Notes: a model not told the origin generated them from the sequence alone. 64,000 nucleotides of DNA from an uncultured delta proteobacterium (GCA_963761255.1 CAVXGH010000006.1:263790-327789); one strand, 5' to 3'. Positions 1 to 10,539 are shown, numbered from the stretch's first letter. A program made the numbers and translations.

Positions 1-973
1 GTGGTGCTGTTTCTGGAACTCAAGCACGACGAGGTCGACGTCAACGTTCATCCGATGAAGACGGAAGTACGCTTCAAAAATTCGGGCGCGATCTTCGAAA
101 TCGTTTATCATGCGCTGCGCGACCGCTTAGCCAATCAGACGGATCCTGGCGTGGCTGATGCGGTACCGACTGCAATTGATGCATTACATCCCGCGATCCG
201 CGCCTCGGTTGCGCAGATGATCCCGCCGGAGCATTCCGCGTCGATCGCGCAACCGAGATCGGCCGCTCCGGCTGGTGGCGGATAATTCCTCGACGATGAC
301 GCGCGCCGAGCAGCGTCCGCTCAACCTGGGTTTCCAGCGTCCTGCCGAAGTCGCCCATCTGGCTGGCGCGCCGATGCGCGAGGCGGCGGTGCCGATGTAC
401 TCGACGCTGAAAATCCTCGGGCAGATTTTCGCGGGATACATCGCGCTCGAAGGCGAGGAGGGTCTGCTGCTGATCGATCAGCATGCGGCGCATGAGCGCG
501 TGACCTTCGAGAGGCTGCGGGCCGAAATGCGCAACGGCGGCATCCGCACCCAGGCGATGCTGACCGCCGCGACCATCGAGATGAATCCCGCGCGCACCGC
601 GCATATCGAAGCTGCGCTGCCGGAGTTGCGCGCGATGGGCTTCGACCTCGAACCGTTCGGTCCCTCGACGCTGCTGCTGAAAGGGACACCGGCGGTGTTC
701 GGCGCCGAAGGGGGAGCGAAGCTGCTCTCGGACATGCTCGACAGCATGGGCGACAACGGGTTTCGCGCGTCGGGTGAGGGCGCGCTCGAGGAATGGCTCA
801 AGCAGCTCGCCTGTCATGGCTCGGTGCGGGTCGGGCGCGCGCTCGAGGAGCGGGAAATTCGCGAGCTGCTCGCGGATCTTGATCGCACGCAGTTCAAGAC
901 CAACTGCCCGCATGGGCGGCCGGTGCATATCAATTTCGCACGCGGCCAGATCGAGCGGATGTTCCGCCGATGA
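1..973 (+). CDS. mutL: DNA mismatch repair protein MutL (5'-partial at window edge; transducer-domain end + C-terminal dimerisation domain; reading frame changes near 240-290)
   Basis: ORF 1..285 (…VDVNVHPMKTEVRF…, MutL transducer region) and ORF 275..973 (MutL C-terminal dimerisation domain, …LLIDQHAAHERV…) are in different frames; mutL-miaA synteny. Confidence 0.8.
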
Positions 974-1953
974 GCCACGCGCAAGCCGTCTCGATGGCGG
1001 GAAATCCTACCAAGGCACGCAGTGATCGCATCAAGGTCGGCTTCATCGTCGGGCCGACCGGTTCGGGTAAGAGCGCTATCGCGATGATGGTAGCAGAGCG
1101 CGTCGGCGCGGAAATCGTCAATGCTGACTCGCGCCAGCTTTATGCCGGGATGGATATCGGCACCGCGAAGCCCTCGCCCGAGGAACGCCGCCGCGTGCCG
1201 CATCATCTTATAGACGTGCGCACGCCGGACCAGCCGCTCGATGTCGCTGATTTCGTTGCGATGGCGCGCGTGGCGATCCTCGACATCGCGCGCCGAGGTC
1301 TGCGGGCGATCGTGGTGGGCGGCAGCGGGTTTTATTTGCGCGCGCTGCGCGGCGGAATTTTCCATGGTCCGTCGGCATCGCCGGAGATCCGCAGCGAACT
1401 GGAACAGGTTGCCGCAGAGCGCGGGATTCCATTTCTGCACGACGAGCTGATGAAGATTGACCCGCCGTCGGCCTCGCGCATCCAGCGTAACGATTTGTAC
1501 CGGATCGTGCGCGCGTTCGAGGTTTATCGTATCACCGGAATCACGATTACGGAGCATCAGGAGCGGCATCGGTTTGCGGAGCGCGAGTTCGATACGCTGA
1601 CGATCGCGCTGGAGGTTCCGCGCAAGCAGCTCTATGAGGCTATCGATGCGCGTTTCGATGCGATGATAGCGGCGGGGTTGGTTGAGGAAGTGCGCGGTCT
1701 GATGGGACGTGATTTTGGCCCCGAGCAGTCGCCCTTGAACAGCATCGGCTATCGCGAAGTGGCCGCATTCGTGCGCGGCGAGATGACGCTCGCTGAGGCC
1801 GTCGACCTCGCCAAGCGCAAGACGCGGCAATTCGCGAAACGTCAGCTCACCTGGTTTCGTAACGAAGACGAGGTGACCTGGGTTGACGTGGATCGAGGGG
1901 CGGAGCAAGCTCTGATGCTGTTCGAAAAATTCTTTTCGCAACCGTCTTCATGA
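970..1953 (+). CDS. miaA: tRNA dimethylallyltransferase
   Basis: P-loop GPTGSGKS, …NADSRQLYAGMDIGTAKP… motif; ATGA overlap with mutL stop. Confidence 0.9.
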   Translation: MSHAQAVSMAGNPTKARSDRIKVGFIVGPTGSGKSAIAMMVAERVGAEIVNADSRQLYAGMDIGTAKPSPEERRRVPHHLIDVRTPDQPLDVADFVAMARVAILDIARRGLRAIVVGGSGFYLRALRGGIFHGPSASPEIRSELEQVAAERGIPFLHDELMKIDPPSASRIQRNDLYRIVRAFEVYRITGITITEHQERHRFAEREFDTLTIALEVPRKQLYEAIDARFDAMIAAGLVEEVRGLMGRDFGPEQSPLNSIGYREVAAFVRGEMTLAEAVDLAKRKTRQFAKRQLTWFRNEDEVTWVDVDRGAEQALMLFEKFFSQPSS

Positions 1954-1959
1954 TGCACC

Positions 1960-2841
1960 ATGGCTTCGCGTCCCAAAACCGTAAACCATAAACAGAATGG
2001 AAGCTCTGTGGCGCCTGCGCCGCAAGGTCGCACCGCGATCGAGCGGGTGCGGCTCGCGCGCCATCCGTCGCGGCCGCAAACGTTCGACTACGTCGATGGT
2101 CTGTTCAAGGAATTTTTCGAAGTGCATGGCGACCGCCGCTTCGCCGACGACGGCGCGATCATCGCCGGTCTCGCGTACTTCGATGGAAAACCGGTAGCGA
2201 TTGTCGGCGAGCAGCGCGGCCGATCGACGGCGGATCGCATCAAGCGAAATTTTGGCAAGCCGCATCCGGAGGGCTACCGCAAGGCCGCCCGCGTTTACGA
2301 GCTTGCGGATCGGTTCAAGCTTCCACTCATCACCTTCATCGATACCCAGGGCGGTGAGTCTGGCGTCGGCGCCGAAGAACGTGGCCAGACCGAGGCGATT
2401 GCGCACAATCTGGAGCTGATGGCGCGGCTTGAAGTTCCGTCGATTGCGTGCGTGATAGGCGAGGGCGGTTCCGGCGGCGCGCTCGCACTGGGAGTTGCCA
2501 ACCTCGTTCTGATTCAGGAGAACGCTTGCTACTCGGTGATCACGCCGGAAGGATGCGCCGCGATTTTATGGCGCGAGGCCACTGAAGAGAACGTCGCCCG
2601 CGCCGCCGATGCGATGCGGCTCTCGGCGCCTGACCTGCTCCGCCTCGGCGTCGTTGACGAAATTATCGCGGAGCCGGAAGGCGGCGCGCACACCAGTCCT
2701 CCCGAGGCGGTTGCGACGGTTGGTGACGCTATCCGGCATCATCTCAAAGTGCTGATGAAGCTGAGCCCGAAAGAGATCCGCAAGGCACGCGAGCGCAAGT
2801 TTGCCGCGATGGGCTCCGCGTTTCTGACCTCGTCGGTCTGA
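1960..2841 (+). CDS. accA: acetyl-CoA carboxylase carboxyltransferase alpha subunit
   Basis: Full-length similarity to AccA (…RLARHPSRPQTFDY…, GGSGGALA). Confidence 0.9.
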   Translation: MASRPKTVNHKQNGSSVAPAPQGRTAIERVRLARHPSRPQTFDYVDGLFKEFFEVHGDRRFADDGAIIAGLAYFDGKPVAIVGEQRGRSTADRIKRNFGKPHPEGYRKAARVYELADRFKLPLITFIDTQGGESGVGAEERGQTEAIAHNLELMARLEVPSIACVIGEGGSGGALALGVANLVLIQENACYSVITPEGCAAILWREATEENVARAADAMRLSAPDLLRLGVVDEIIAEPEGGAHTSPPEAVATVGDAIRHHLKVLMKLSPKEIRKARERKFAAMGSAFLTSSV

Positions 2842-2848
2842 GCGCGCG

Positions 2849-4069
2849 TTGAAAAGCGCGACTCGATCAGTTAGCCATTCCCACGCGATGCCCTCGAAGA
2901 CCAACCGAAAGACCGCCGCTTCGCGCAAGAAGCCGGAGCGCGTGGATGTCACGCCTCTTTTCAAGGAGGAATCCAAGCCCGAGTGGAAGCCTGGTTCGAT
3001 CGAATCGCATCGAGTGCGGATGGATCGCATCAACCTGGAAATTCTGAAGCTGCTGTCCGAGCGCGCGTCGCATGCCAATGAGATCGGGCGCATCAAGCAC
3101 AACAGCGGCGCTCCCGTTTATCTGCCGGCGCGTGAGCGCGAGGTGATCGAGGGCATGGTCGCGGCGAATCCGGGGCCGCTCTCGGCGGAGCATATCGCGC
3201 GCATCTATGGCGAAATCATTTCCGCCTGTCGCGCGCTCGAACACGTGCCGCGAGTGGCGTATCTCGGGCCCGAGCACACCTACTCGCATGAGGCGGCGCG
3301 GGGCGCATTCGGCGGGAGCGTCGAGTTCGCGCCGCAGGCGTCGTTCGCGGCAGTTTTTCAAGAGGTACAAAACGGGCGCGCCGATTTCGGCGTGGTGCCG
3401 ATTGAGAACTCCACCGAGGGTCAGGTCAAGGAAGTGCTCGATCTGCTGATCGAGACACCGCTGGTGATTATCAGCGAGATTTTGCAGCCGGTCCGTCATG
3501 CGCTGATGTCACTCGACGGCGATCCTTCGAAGATCCGGCGCATCGTGTCGCATCAGCAGTCGCTCGGCCAATGCCGCGGCTACCTGAGCAGCAATTTCGC
3601 CGATCGCGAGCTGGAAGCGGTGGCCTCGAATGCGCTGGCGGCGCAGCGTGCGGCGCAGGACGCTTCGCTCGGCGCGATCGCCTCGCGCGCGGCGGCGGAA
3701 GCGTACAGACTGAAAGTCATCGCCGAAAATATCCAGGACCTCGCGCAGAACACCACGCGCTTCCTGGTGATGGGTACTCGCGGCGTGCCCAAGAGTGGAC
3801 GCGACAAGACGACCATTTTATTTGCGGTGCCCGATAAGGTCGGTGCGCTGAATACGGCACTGAACATGTTCGCGAAAAACAAGATCAACATTTCCAAGAT
3901 CGAGTCGCGTCCGTTACGTGGACGGTCATGGGAATATCTTTTTTTCGTGGACCTCGAAGGACACAGCGACGACCCTCGCGTGAAGCGCGCGCTCGCGGCA
4001 CTGAAAGACCGGACCCTTTTTTTGAGGGTCGCCGGATCGTATCCTGAGGCGAGGTCGGCCGCCGGCTAG
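2849..4069 (+). CDS. pheA: bifunctional chorismate mutase / prephenate dehydratase (P-protein) with C-terminal ACT domain; true start may be an internal Met
   Basis: CM domain (MDRINLEILKLLSERA…), PDT domain (VAYLGPEHTYSHEAA…), ACT domain (…TILFAVPDKVGALN…). Confidence 0.85.
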   Translation: MKSATRSVSHSHAMPSKTNRKTAASRKKPERVDVTPLFKEESKPEWKPGSIESHRVRMDRINLEILKLLSERASHANEIGRIKHNSGAPVYLPAREREVIEGMVAANPGPLSAEHIARIYGEIISACRALEHVPRVAYLGPEHTYSHEAARGAFGGSVEFAPQASFAAVFQEVQNGRADFGVVPIENSTEGQVKEVLDLLIETPLVIISEILQPVRHALMSLDGDPSKIRRIVSHQQSLGQCRGYLSSNFADRELEAVASNALAAQRAAQDASLGAIASRAAAEAYRLKVIAENIQDLAQNTTRFLVMGTRGVPKSGRDKTTILFAVPDKVGALNTALNMFAKNKINISKIESRPLRGRSWEYLFFVDLEGHSDDPRVKRALAALKDRTLFLRVAGSYPEARSAAG

Positions 4070-4087
4070 GGCGGCTGTTTCCGCAAA

Positions 4088-5182
4088 TTGGTTAAGCCAC
4101 AAGATTTGGTCCTGCCCGCGGTCGCGGCGATTCAGCCATACGAACCGGGAAAACCGACGGAAGAGCTGGAGCGCGAACTCGGCATCTCCGAGTCGGTGAA
4201 GCTCGCCTCCAATGAGAATCCAATCGGACCATCACCCATGGCGGTACAGGCGATTCGCGCGGCGCTCTCGGAGTTGAATCGCTATCCCGACGGCGGCAGC
4301 TTCACGCTGTGCAACCAGATCGCGGCGCGGCACAAGGTCAAACCCGAGCAGATTTTCATGGGATCGGGCTCCTGCGAGATAATCAACCTACTCGCGTTCC
4401 TGTTCCTGCGACCGGGCCTCAATGCGATTTCATCGGAGCATGCGTTTGCGATTTATCCGCTTGCGACCGCCTCGACCGGCGCGACCTACAAATCCGTGCC
4501 GATGCGCAATGGGTTCGAATTCGACCTCGATGCGATTGCCGGCGCGGTCGACGACAACACGCGCATCATCTATCTCGGCAATCCCAACAATCCGACCGGC
4601 ACGATTTACCGCCGTGCCGAATGGAAACGATTCCTGGCCAAAGTTCCACAGCGCGTCGTTATCGTCGCCGACGAGGCCTACTTCGAATTCGTGCGTGATG
4701 CCGAGTATCCGGACTCGATGCAGGATCATGACGGCACGCGGCTGATCATCACGCTGCGCACGTTTTCGAAAATCTTTGGGTTAGCGGGACTTCGCGTCGG
4801 ATATGGTGTGGCGCGGCCTGACATCGTCACGTTGCTGAACAAGGTCCGGCAGCCATTCAACATCACCACGCTCGCGCAGGTCGCGGTGGCGGCGGGAATG
4901 GATGATATCGATCACGTGAACGCGACCCTGCGAGTCAATCGCGAAGGGATGGAATATCTGGAGCGCGAATTTGCGCGCCTCAAGGTTGGATACATCCCGA
5001 GCCAGGCGAATTTTATTCTCGCCGAGGTCGGCGATGGGCGCGGTGTATTTGACAAGCTGCTGCATCTGGGAGTCATCGTGCGTCCGATGCATGGGTACGG
5101 CTACCCGCGTCACGTGCGCATCAGCGTTGGCTTGCCGGAGGAGAATCGCCGCCTGATCGAGGCGCTCGAAAAAGTTTTGTAA
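4088..5182 (+). CDS. hisC: histidinol-phosphate / aromatic aminotransferase
   Basis: …KLASNENPIGPSP… motif; PLP lysine region (FSKIFGLAGLRVGY). Confidence 0.85.
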   Translation: MVKPQDLVLPAVAAIQPYEPGKPTEELERELGISESVKLASNENPIGPSPMAVQAIRAALSELNRYPDGGSFTLCNQIAARHKVKPEQIFMGSGSCEIINLLAFLFLRPGLNAISSEHAFAIYPLATASTGATYKSVPMRNGFEFDLDAIAGAVDDNTRIIYLGNPNNPTGTIYRRAEWKRFLAKVPQRVVIVADEAYFEFVRDAEYPDSMQDHDGTRLIITLRTFSKIFGLAGLRVGYGVARPDIVTLLNKVRQPFNITTLAQVAVAAGMDDIDHVNATLRVNREGMEYLEREFARLKVGYIPSQANFILAEVGDGRGVFDKLLHLGVIVRPMHGYGYPRHVRISVGLPEENRRLIEALEKVL

Positions 5183-5241
5183 TCGGCAGCCCTTCGCGTC
5201 ATCCTTGCACAAGCTTCCTGCGAAGATAGCTGCTATAATCA

Positions 5242-6105
5242 ATGGCCACGCTTTTCCACCAAATCACCATATGCGGAGTCGGCCTCATCGGAGGCTCACT
5301 CGCCCTCATCGCGCGCGAACAGCATCTGATCGATCGCGCCGTCGGATTGGGACGCACGCTCACCAACCTCGAGGTCGCGCGCAATCGCGGGATGATCGAC
5401 CTCGCGACGCAGGACCCGGTCGAAGCTGCTAAGGGCGCTGACCTGGTGATGCTCGCGGTCCCGATTCGCACCATGCCCGCGGTTTTGGGCGCGATGATTC
5501 CTCACCTGCCGCCACATGCGGTCATCACCGACGTCGGCAGCGTCAAGGGATGGGTGGTGCGCGAGCTCGAGCCGCTGCTGAAGCCCGGCATGTCGCTGGT
5601 CGCGGTGCATCCGATCGCGGGCAAGGAGACCACCGGCGCCGAGGCGGCGGATCGCGAGCTGTTCGTGAATCGGCGCGTGATCGTGACGCCCTCGAAGACG
5701 AGCACGCCCGAGGCTATCGATAAGATCGAGCAGCTATGGCGCGCGACCGGCGCGAAGGTCGAAACGATGGACCCCGACTCGCACGATCGCATCCTCGCGC
5801 GCTCCAGTCATCTGCCGCAGCTCGTCGCGAGTGCGCTGGGTGCGTCGCTCAAGGATGAGCGCATCGCGGGCAAGCTCGCCGCCGAATACGGCGCGGGAGG
5901 TTTGCGCGATACGACCCGGCTGGCGGCATCGTCAACGGAAGTCTGGCGCGATATCTGTTTCACCAATCGCGACGCTATAATCGACGCGCTGAAGACTTTC
6001 GATGCGACCTTCGCGGAGCTTCGAAAGATCCTCGAAGCCGCCGATGAGCAGGCATTTACCGCGCTGTTTGATCGGGGCCGCGCGATGCGGGAGCGGCTGA
6101 AGTGA
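5242..6105 (+). CDS. tyrA: prephenate (or arogenate) dehydrogenase
   Basis: N-terminal Rossmann ICGVGLIGGSLAL; TyrA-family body; located between hisC and cmk. Confidence 0.8.
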   Translation: MATLFHQITICGVGLIGGSLALIAREQHLIDRAVGLGRTLTNLEVARNRGMIDLATQDPVEAAKGADLVMLAVPIRTMPAVLGAMIPHLPPHAVITDVGSVKGWVVRELEPLLKPGMSLVAVHPIAGKETTGAEAADRELFVNRRVIVTPSKTSTPEAIDKIEQLWRATGAKVETMDPDSHDRILARSSHLPQLVASALGASLKDERIAGKLAAEYGAGGLRDTTRLAASSTEVWRDICFTNRDAIIDALKTFDATFAELRKILEAADEQAFTALFDRGRAMRERLK

Positions 6106-6788
6106 AGCGCACGCATCCGATAGTTGCCATCGATGGACCCGGCGGTGCAGGAAAATCCACCGTCGCGCGCCGCCTCGCCAAAGAGTTGGGTTTCACCTAC
6201 TTGAATACCGGTGCGATGTATCGCGCGCTGGCGGTGGCGGTCAGCGAGGCCGGCCTCAAGACCGAGGATCCAAAGCTCGAAGAACGTATCGCGCCGATTA
6301 TGAAATCGATTCACATCGCTTTCGATGGCGACCGCGTGCTGCTCGGCGGACGCGATGTCTCGTCGGCGATCACCCGTCCCGATATCAGTGACCTCGCGTC
6401 AACCTACTCGACGCTGCCATCGGTGCGCGCGCGGATGCGGGAACTGCAGCGCGCCATTGGCGAGGCGGGCGGCGTGGTGATGGAAGGGCGCGATATCGGC
6501 ACCGCGGTGTTTCCCGATGCCGAGGTGAAATTTTTCCTCGATGCCGATCCGGCGATTCGCGCCGAGCGCAGATACGAGGAGTTGTCCACCAAAGGTGCGG
6601 CGACGACTCGTGACGAAGTGTTGAGAGAGCTAATGGCGCGCGACCAGCGTGACACCGCGCGTGAGCACGCGCCGCTGCGACGCGCGGATGACGCAATCGT
6701 GATCGATACGTCAAAGATCCCGATCGATCAGGTCGTAAGCGCGTTAAAAGAACGGATTCAAGGGCTTTATGTTTCTGATAGAGCTTGA
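6102..6788 (+). CDS. cmk: cytidylate kinase
   Basis: IVAIDGPGGAGKSTVARRLAKELGFTYLNTGAMYRA; GTGA overlap with tyrA stop. Confidence 0.9.
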   Translation: MKRTHPIVAIDGPGGAGKSTVARRLAKELGFTYLNTGAMYRALAVAVSEAGLKTEDPKLEERIAPIMKSIHIAFDGDRVLLGGRDVSSAITRPDISDLASTYSTLPSVRARMRELQRAIGEAGGVVMEGRDIGTAVFPDAEVKFFLDADPAIRAERRYEELSTKGAATTRDEVLRELMARDQRDTAREHAPLRRADDAIVIDTSKIPIDQVVSALKERIQGLYVSDRA

Positions 6789-6852
6789 AACGAGTGCGTC
6801 ACGGTTGTAAGTATCGCTACTGTCCCGAAGTCCCCCGGAAGGTTTCCACTAA

Positions 6853-8598
6853 ATGGAGAAAGTTTTGGCCGAACAACAAATGAGCGGAGGCGACAATGAT
6901 TTTGAGTCGTTGATGGAAGAGAGCCTCAAAGCTCCCCGTAACGGCGATGTCCTCGTCGGCAGGGTTCTGCTCGTCACACGCGATAGCGTCATCATCGACA
7001 TCAACTACAAGTGCGAGGGCCAGGTTCCACTCGCCGAGTTCCTTGATGCTGAGGGCAACGTCACCGTCAAGGAAGGCGACGAGGTCGATGTCTACTTCGA
7101 AGGCACCGAAACCGAGAACGGCACGGTTCTCCTCTCGCATGCGAAGGCGGAGAAATTCAAAGTCTGGCGCGAGCTCGAAAAAGCCTTCACCGCCGAACTG
7201 GCAGTCGAAGGCGTCGTCCTGGGCAAGGTCAAGGGCGGCCTGAAAGTAGATATCGGCGTTCCGGCATTCCTGCCCGGATCGCATGTTGATATTCGTCCCG
7301 CGCGCAATCTCGATCGTTACGTCGGTCAGCGCGGACGTTTTCAGATCCTGAAATTCAATCGTGCGCGCGGCAACGTCGTGGTCTCGCGCCGCAGCGTGCT
7401 CGAGCGCGAGCGCGCTACCCTGAAGGAAGAGACGCTGCGAGTCCTCGAAGAGGGCGTCATCCTCGAAGGCACGGTGAAGAACATCACCGACTATGGCGCA
7501 TTCATCGACCTCGGCGGCATCGATGGTCTCCTGCACATCACCGATATGTCATGGGGCCGCATCCAGCACCCGTCGGAAGTGCTGAAGGTGGGCGACAAAG
7601 TCAAAGTCGTCGTGCTCAAGTACGATCACGGCCGCGAGCGCGTCTCGCTCGGCATGAAGCAGATCATGCCCGATCCGTGGACCAAGGTGGCCGAGGCGTA
7701 TCCTCCCGGCACCCGCGTGACCGGCAAGGTCGTCAGCGTCACCGACTACGGCGCATTCGTCGAGCTGGAGAAGGGCGTCGAGGGGCTGATCCACGTTTCC
7801 GAGATGAGCTGGAGCAAGCGCGCCGTGCATCCGTCGAAGGTCGTCAATCCGAACGACAATGTCGAGGTGCAGGTGCTCGGCGTCGACGAGGGCAACCGGC
7901 GTATCTCGCTCGGACTGAAGCAGACTGAACCAAATCCGTGGCAGGCGCTCGCTGAGCAACATCCGGTGGGAACCCACGTTAAGGGCAAAGTCAAATCGAT
8001 CACCGACTTCGGCGTGTTCGTCGAAATCGAGCCCGGCATCGATGGTCTCGTGCACATTTCCGATCTCTCATGGACCAAGAAAATTCGGCATCCGTCGGAA
8101 ATCGCGAAGAAGGGCGACGAGATCGAAGCGGTGGTTCTCGGCATCGATGTCGAAAACGAACGCGTCAGCCTCGGCGTCAAGCAGTTGTCGCAGGATCCGT
8201 GGGATACCATCTCGGAGCGCTACCCGCTCAACACCCGCATCAACGGCAAGGTCAGTTCGGTTGCCGACTTCGGCGTGTTCGTCGAGATCGAGGAAGGCAT
8301 CGAGGGCCTCATCCATATCTCGCAGCTCTCCAATGAGCGCGTCGACAAGCCGTCGTCGCTGTACAAGGTTGACGATCCGGTCGAAGCGCTGGTGGTGCAG
8401 CTCGAGCCGAAGGAGCGCCGCATCGGCCTCTCGGTCAAGGCGCTCAAGCAGCATGAGGAGCGCGAAGAGATGCAGGCCTACGTCAAGAAAGAGCACGAGG
8501 CTGCGCGTTTCTCGATGGGGGATATCCTCAACGAGGAGCTGCGCCTCGACCGTGATGACGGGGAGCGCCGGCGCGCGGGCAAGGGACGCAACAACTAA
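6853..8598 (+). CDS. rpsA: 30S ribosomal protein S1 (six S1 domains); start could be Met at ~6880
   Basis: Repeated S1 domains (…GxVxxITDFGAFVELxxGIEGLIHISE…); cmk-rpsA-ihfB synteny. Confidence 0.95.
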   Translation: MEKVLAEQQMSGGDNDFESLMEESLKAPRNGDVLVGRVLLVTRDSVIIDINYKCEGQVPLAEFLDAEGNVTVKEGDEVDVYFEGTETENGTVLLSHAKAEKFKVWRELEKAFTAELAVEGVVLGKVKGGLKVDIGVPAFLPGSHVDIRPARNLDRYVGQRGRFQILKFNRARGNVVVSRRSVLERERATLKEETLRVLEEGVILEGTVKNITDYGAFIDLGGIDGLLHITDMSWGRIQHPSEVLKVGDKVKVVVLKYDHGRERVSLGMKQIMPDPWTKVAEAYPPGTRVTGKVVSVTDYGAFVELEKGVEGLIHVSEMSWSKRAVHPSKVVNPNDNVEVQVLGVDEGNRRISLGLKQTEPNPWQALAEQHPVGTHVKGKVKSITDFGVFVEIEPGIDGLVHISDLSWTKKIRHPSEIAKKGDEIEAVVLGIDVENERVSLGVKQLSQDPWDTISERYPLNTRINGKVSSVADFGVFVEIEEGIEGLIHISQLSNERVDKPSSLYKVDDPVEALVVQLEPKERRIGLSVKALKQHEEREEMQAYVKKEHEAARFSMGDILNEELRLDRDDGERRRAGKGRNN

Positions 8599-8637
8599 TT
8601 GTTGAGGCCGGGTTGCAGCGGCCGGTGGCGCGAAGTC

Positions 8638-8946
8638 ATGACCAAGCGCGGAATCATCGAGGAGCTGCTGACCCGGCATCAAAACTTCACCCATCGCGAG
8701 TCTGAGACCATCGTCAACGCGATGTTCGACGAGATGGCGCAGGCGCTCGCGAGCGGCGCACGAATCGAGATTCGCGGCTTCGGAAGTTTCGGCGTCAAGA
8801 AGCGCCGCGCCCGCGAGGGACGCAACCCCAAGACCGGCGCCGCGGTCAAGGTCGAAGCCAAGCGCATACCGTTTTTCCGCGCCGGTAAAGAACTCAAGCT
8901 GGAAGTGAATGGTGCGGAAAAGCCCATCTCGCGCGCCGCGCGCTAA
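8638..8946 (+). CDS. ihfB: integration host factor beta subunit / HU-family DNA-binding protein
   Basis: MTKRGIIEEL…RIEIRGFGSFGVKKRRAREGRNPKTG… HU/IHF signature; conserved position after rpsA. Confidence 0.75.
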   Translation: MTKRGIIEELLTRHQNFTHRESETIVNAMFDEMAQALASGARIEIRGFGSFGVKKRRAREGRNPKTGAAVKVEAKRIPFFRAGKELKLEVNGAEKPISRAAR

Positions 8947-9514
8947 GTCACCGCGTGCGAAGCCTTCGCGCGCAGGGCTACCAACCGACAATGGAACTCC
9001 GGCCAATGGCGCCCGGCTATGGGCGCCGTGGCGCTATCAATACATCCGCAGTGCGGGCGCGAAATCGGATTCGTGCATTTTCTGCTTCGGTAAGCTCGAC
9101 GTCGAGGAAAGCAAACGCCGCCTCGTGGTTTATGAGGGCGACGATGCGGTGGTCATGCTTAACCGTTATCCCTACAACAATGGGCATCTGATGGTGGCGC
9201 CGCGGCGTCATGTGGCCTCGCCCGAGCTCCTCACGCGCGAGGAACGCGGCATCATCGCGGAGCTGGTCTCCGAATGTTGCGTGCAGTTGCGCAAGGCACT
9301 CAATCCCTCCGGCTTCAACGTCGGCGCGAATCTCGGCCGCAGCGCCGGCGCGGGAATCGCCGACCATATGCATTGCCACATTGTGCCGCGATGGGATGGC
9401 GATACCAACTTCATGCCGGTGCTGGCGTCGACGCGGGTGTTGTCGCAGGACCTGGATTCCAGCTTCGAGATGCTCGCTCCACTGTTCAAAGCCATCGCCC
9501 AGGCGGGTTCCTGA
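8909..9514 (+). CDS. HIT (histidine triad) family protein
   Basis: …LWAPWRYQYI…CIFC…NRYPYNNGHLMVAPRRH…HMHCHIVPRW… (HxHxHxx triad); only in-frame ATG overlaps ihfB 3' end by 38 bp, so the start is uncertain. Confidence 0.65.
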   Translation: MVRKSPSRAPRAKSPRAKPSRAGLPTDNGTPANGARLWAPWRYQYIRSAGAKSDSCIFCFGKLDVEESKRRLVVYEGDDAVVMLNRYPYNNGHLMVAPRRHVASPELLTREERGIIAELVSECCVQLRKALNPSGFNVGANLGRSAGAGIADHMHCHIVPRWDGDTNFMPVLASTRVLSQDLDSSFEMLAPLFKAIAQAGS

Positions 9515-9530
9515 GCGCCTCGAAACGCTA

Positions 9531-10538
9531 TCAGGCGAGGCCGTACTTTTCGATTTTCGCATACAGGCGCTTGCGCGAGATATTCAAAGCCTCGGCCGCA
9601 TGCACCTTGTTGCCGCCCGCCATCTCCAGGGCGCGCGAGATGATGTCGCGTTCGGCGTCGGCGAAACTGCCCAATCGCAGCGCGGCGGTTGAATTGTCAC
9701 GCTCAGGCTTGCGACTACCTCCAATCGCGGGAGGCAGATCGGTCAACTGGATGCTGGGCGCGCGTCCGAAGATGAATGCGCCCTCGATTGCGTTGGAGAG
9801 TTCGCGCACGTTGCCCGGCCAGGCATAGAACCGCAGCGCTTCCAGCGCGTTCGGATCGATGCCTCCCACCTGTGAAGTCCGGACCCTTTTTTCATTGAAA
9901 AGATCGACGAAGTGATCCGTCAGCATTGGAATGTCATCGGAGCGTTCCCGCAGCGGGGGGACGCGCAGCACACTGGCTTGCAAACGATAGAACAAATCTT
10001 CCCGGAATTGCCGTTCCTCGATGGCCTGGCGCGGGTCGCGATTGGTCGATGCCACCACTCTCACATCGATGGTTATTTCCGTGCTCGATCCGACCGGCCG
10101 GACCTTATGTTCCTGTACCGCGCGCAAGAGCTTGCTTTGCGTATCGACCGCCATTTCGGTGATCTCGTCGAGGAACAAGGTACCGCCCTCGGCGGCGCGA
10201 AACAGGCCCAGATATTCGGTATTCGCGCCGCTGAACGCGCCGCGCTTGTATCCGAACAGCTCGCTCTCGATGAGCTCCTTTGGCAGCGCTGCACAGTTTA
10301 GCGGTACAAATGGTGCGTTGGGATCGGGGCCGCATTCGTGAACCGCGCGCGCGACCAGTTCTTTGCCGGTTCCACTTTCGCCCACCACCAGCGCCATCGC
10401 GCGCGCCCGCCCGACCGCTTCGATTCGTTGATACAGCTCGCGCAGGCCCGGTGTCTTTCCGACCAACCCGTGAAATCGCGTACGGTCCTGCGCCGGCAGC
10501 GCACTCGCCTCCATCTCGAGGCCATGGATTCGCATCAC
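9531..10538 (-). CDS. sigma-54-dependent transcriptional activator, AAA+ (RpoN-interaction) domain + C-terminal Fis-type HTH
   Basis: GESGTGKELVARAVH Walker A, GAFSGA / ESELFGY motifs, C-terminal …VHAAEALNISRKRLYAKIEKYGL…. Confidence 0.85.
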   Translation of the reverse strand: MMRIHGLEMEASALPAQDRTRFHGLVGKTPGLRELYQRIEAVGRARAMALVVGESGTGKELVARAVHECGPDPNAPFVPLNCAALPKELIESELFGYKRGAFSGANTEYLGLFRAAEGGTLFLDEITEMAVDTQSKLLRAVQEHKVRPVGSSTEITIDVRVVASTNRDPRQAIEERQFREDLFYRLQASVLRVPPLRERSDDIPMLTDHFVDLFNEKRVRTSQVGGIDPNALEALRFYAWPGNVRELSNAIEGAFIFGRAPSIQLTDLPPAIGGSRKPERDNSTAALRLGSFADAERDIISRALEMAGGNKVHAAEALNISRKRLYAKIEKYGLA

Positions 10539-10539
10539 C

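Noticed and set aside
8599-8637. Upstream start (8599) for the ihfB ORF
   Set aside because: Homology to IHF/HU begins at MTKRG (8638). The 13-aa extension abuts the rpsA stop and is Arg/Trp-rich.
10105-10538. C-terminal 145 aa of ORF 10105..11031 (-)
   Set aside because: This is an out-of-frame read across the AAA+ domain of the sigma54 activator (Gly/Arg-rich nonsense). Only the N-terminal ~165 aa are plausible coding sequence.
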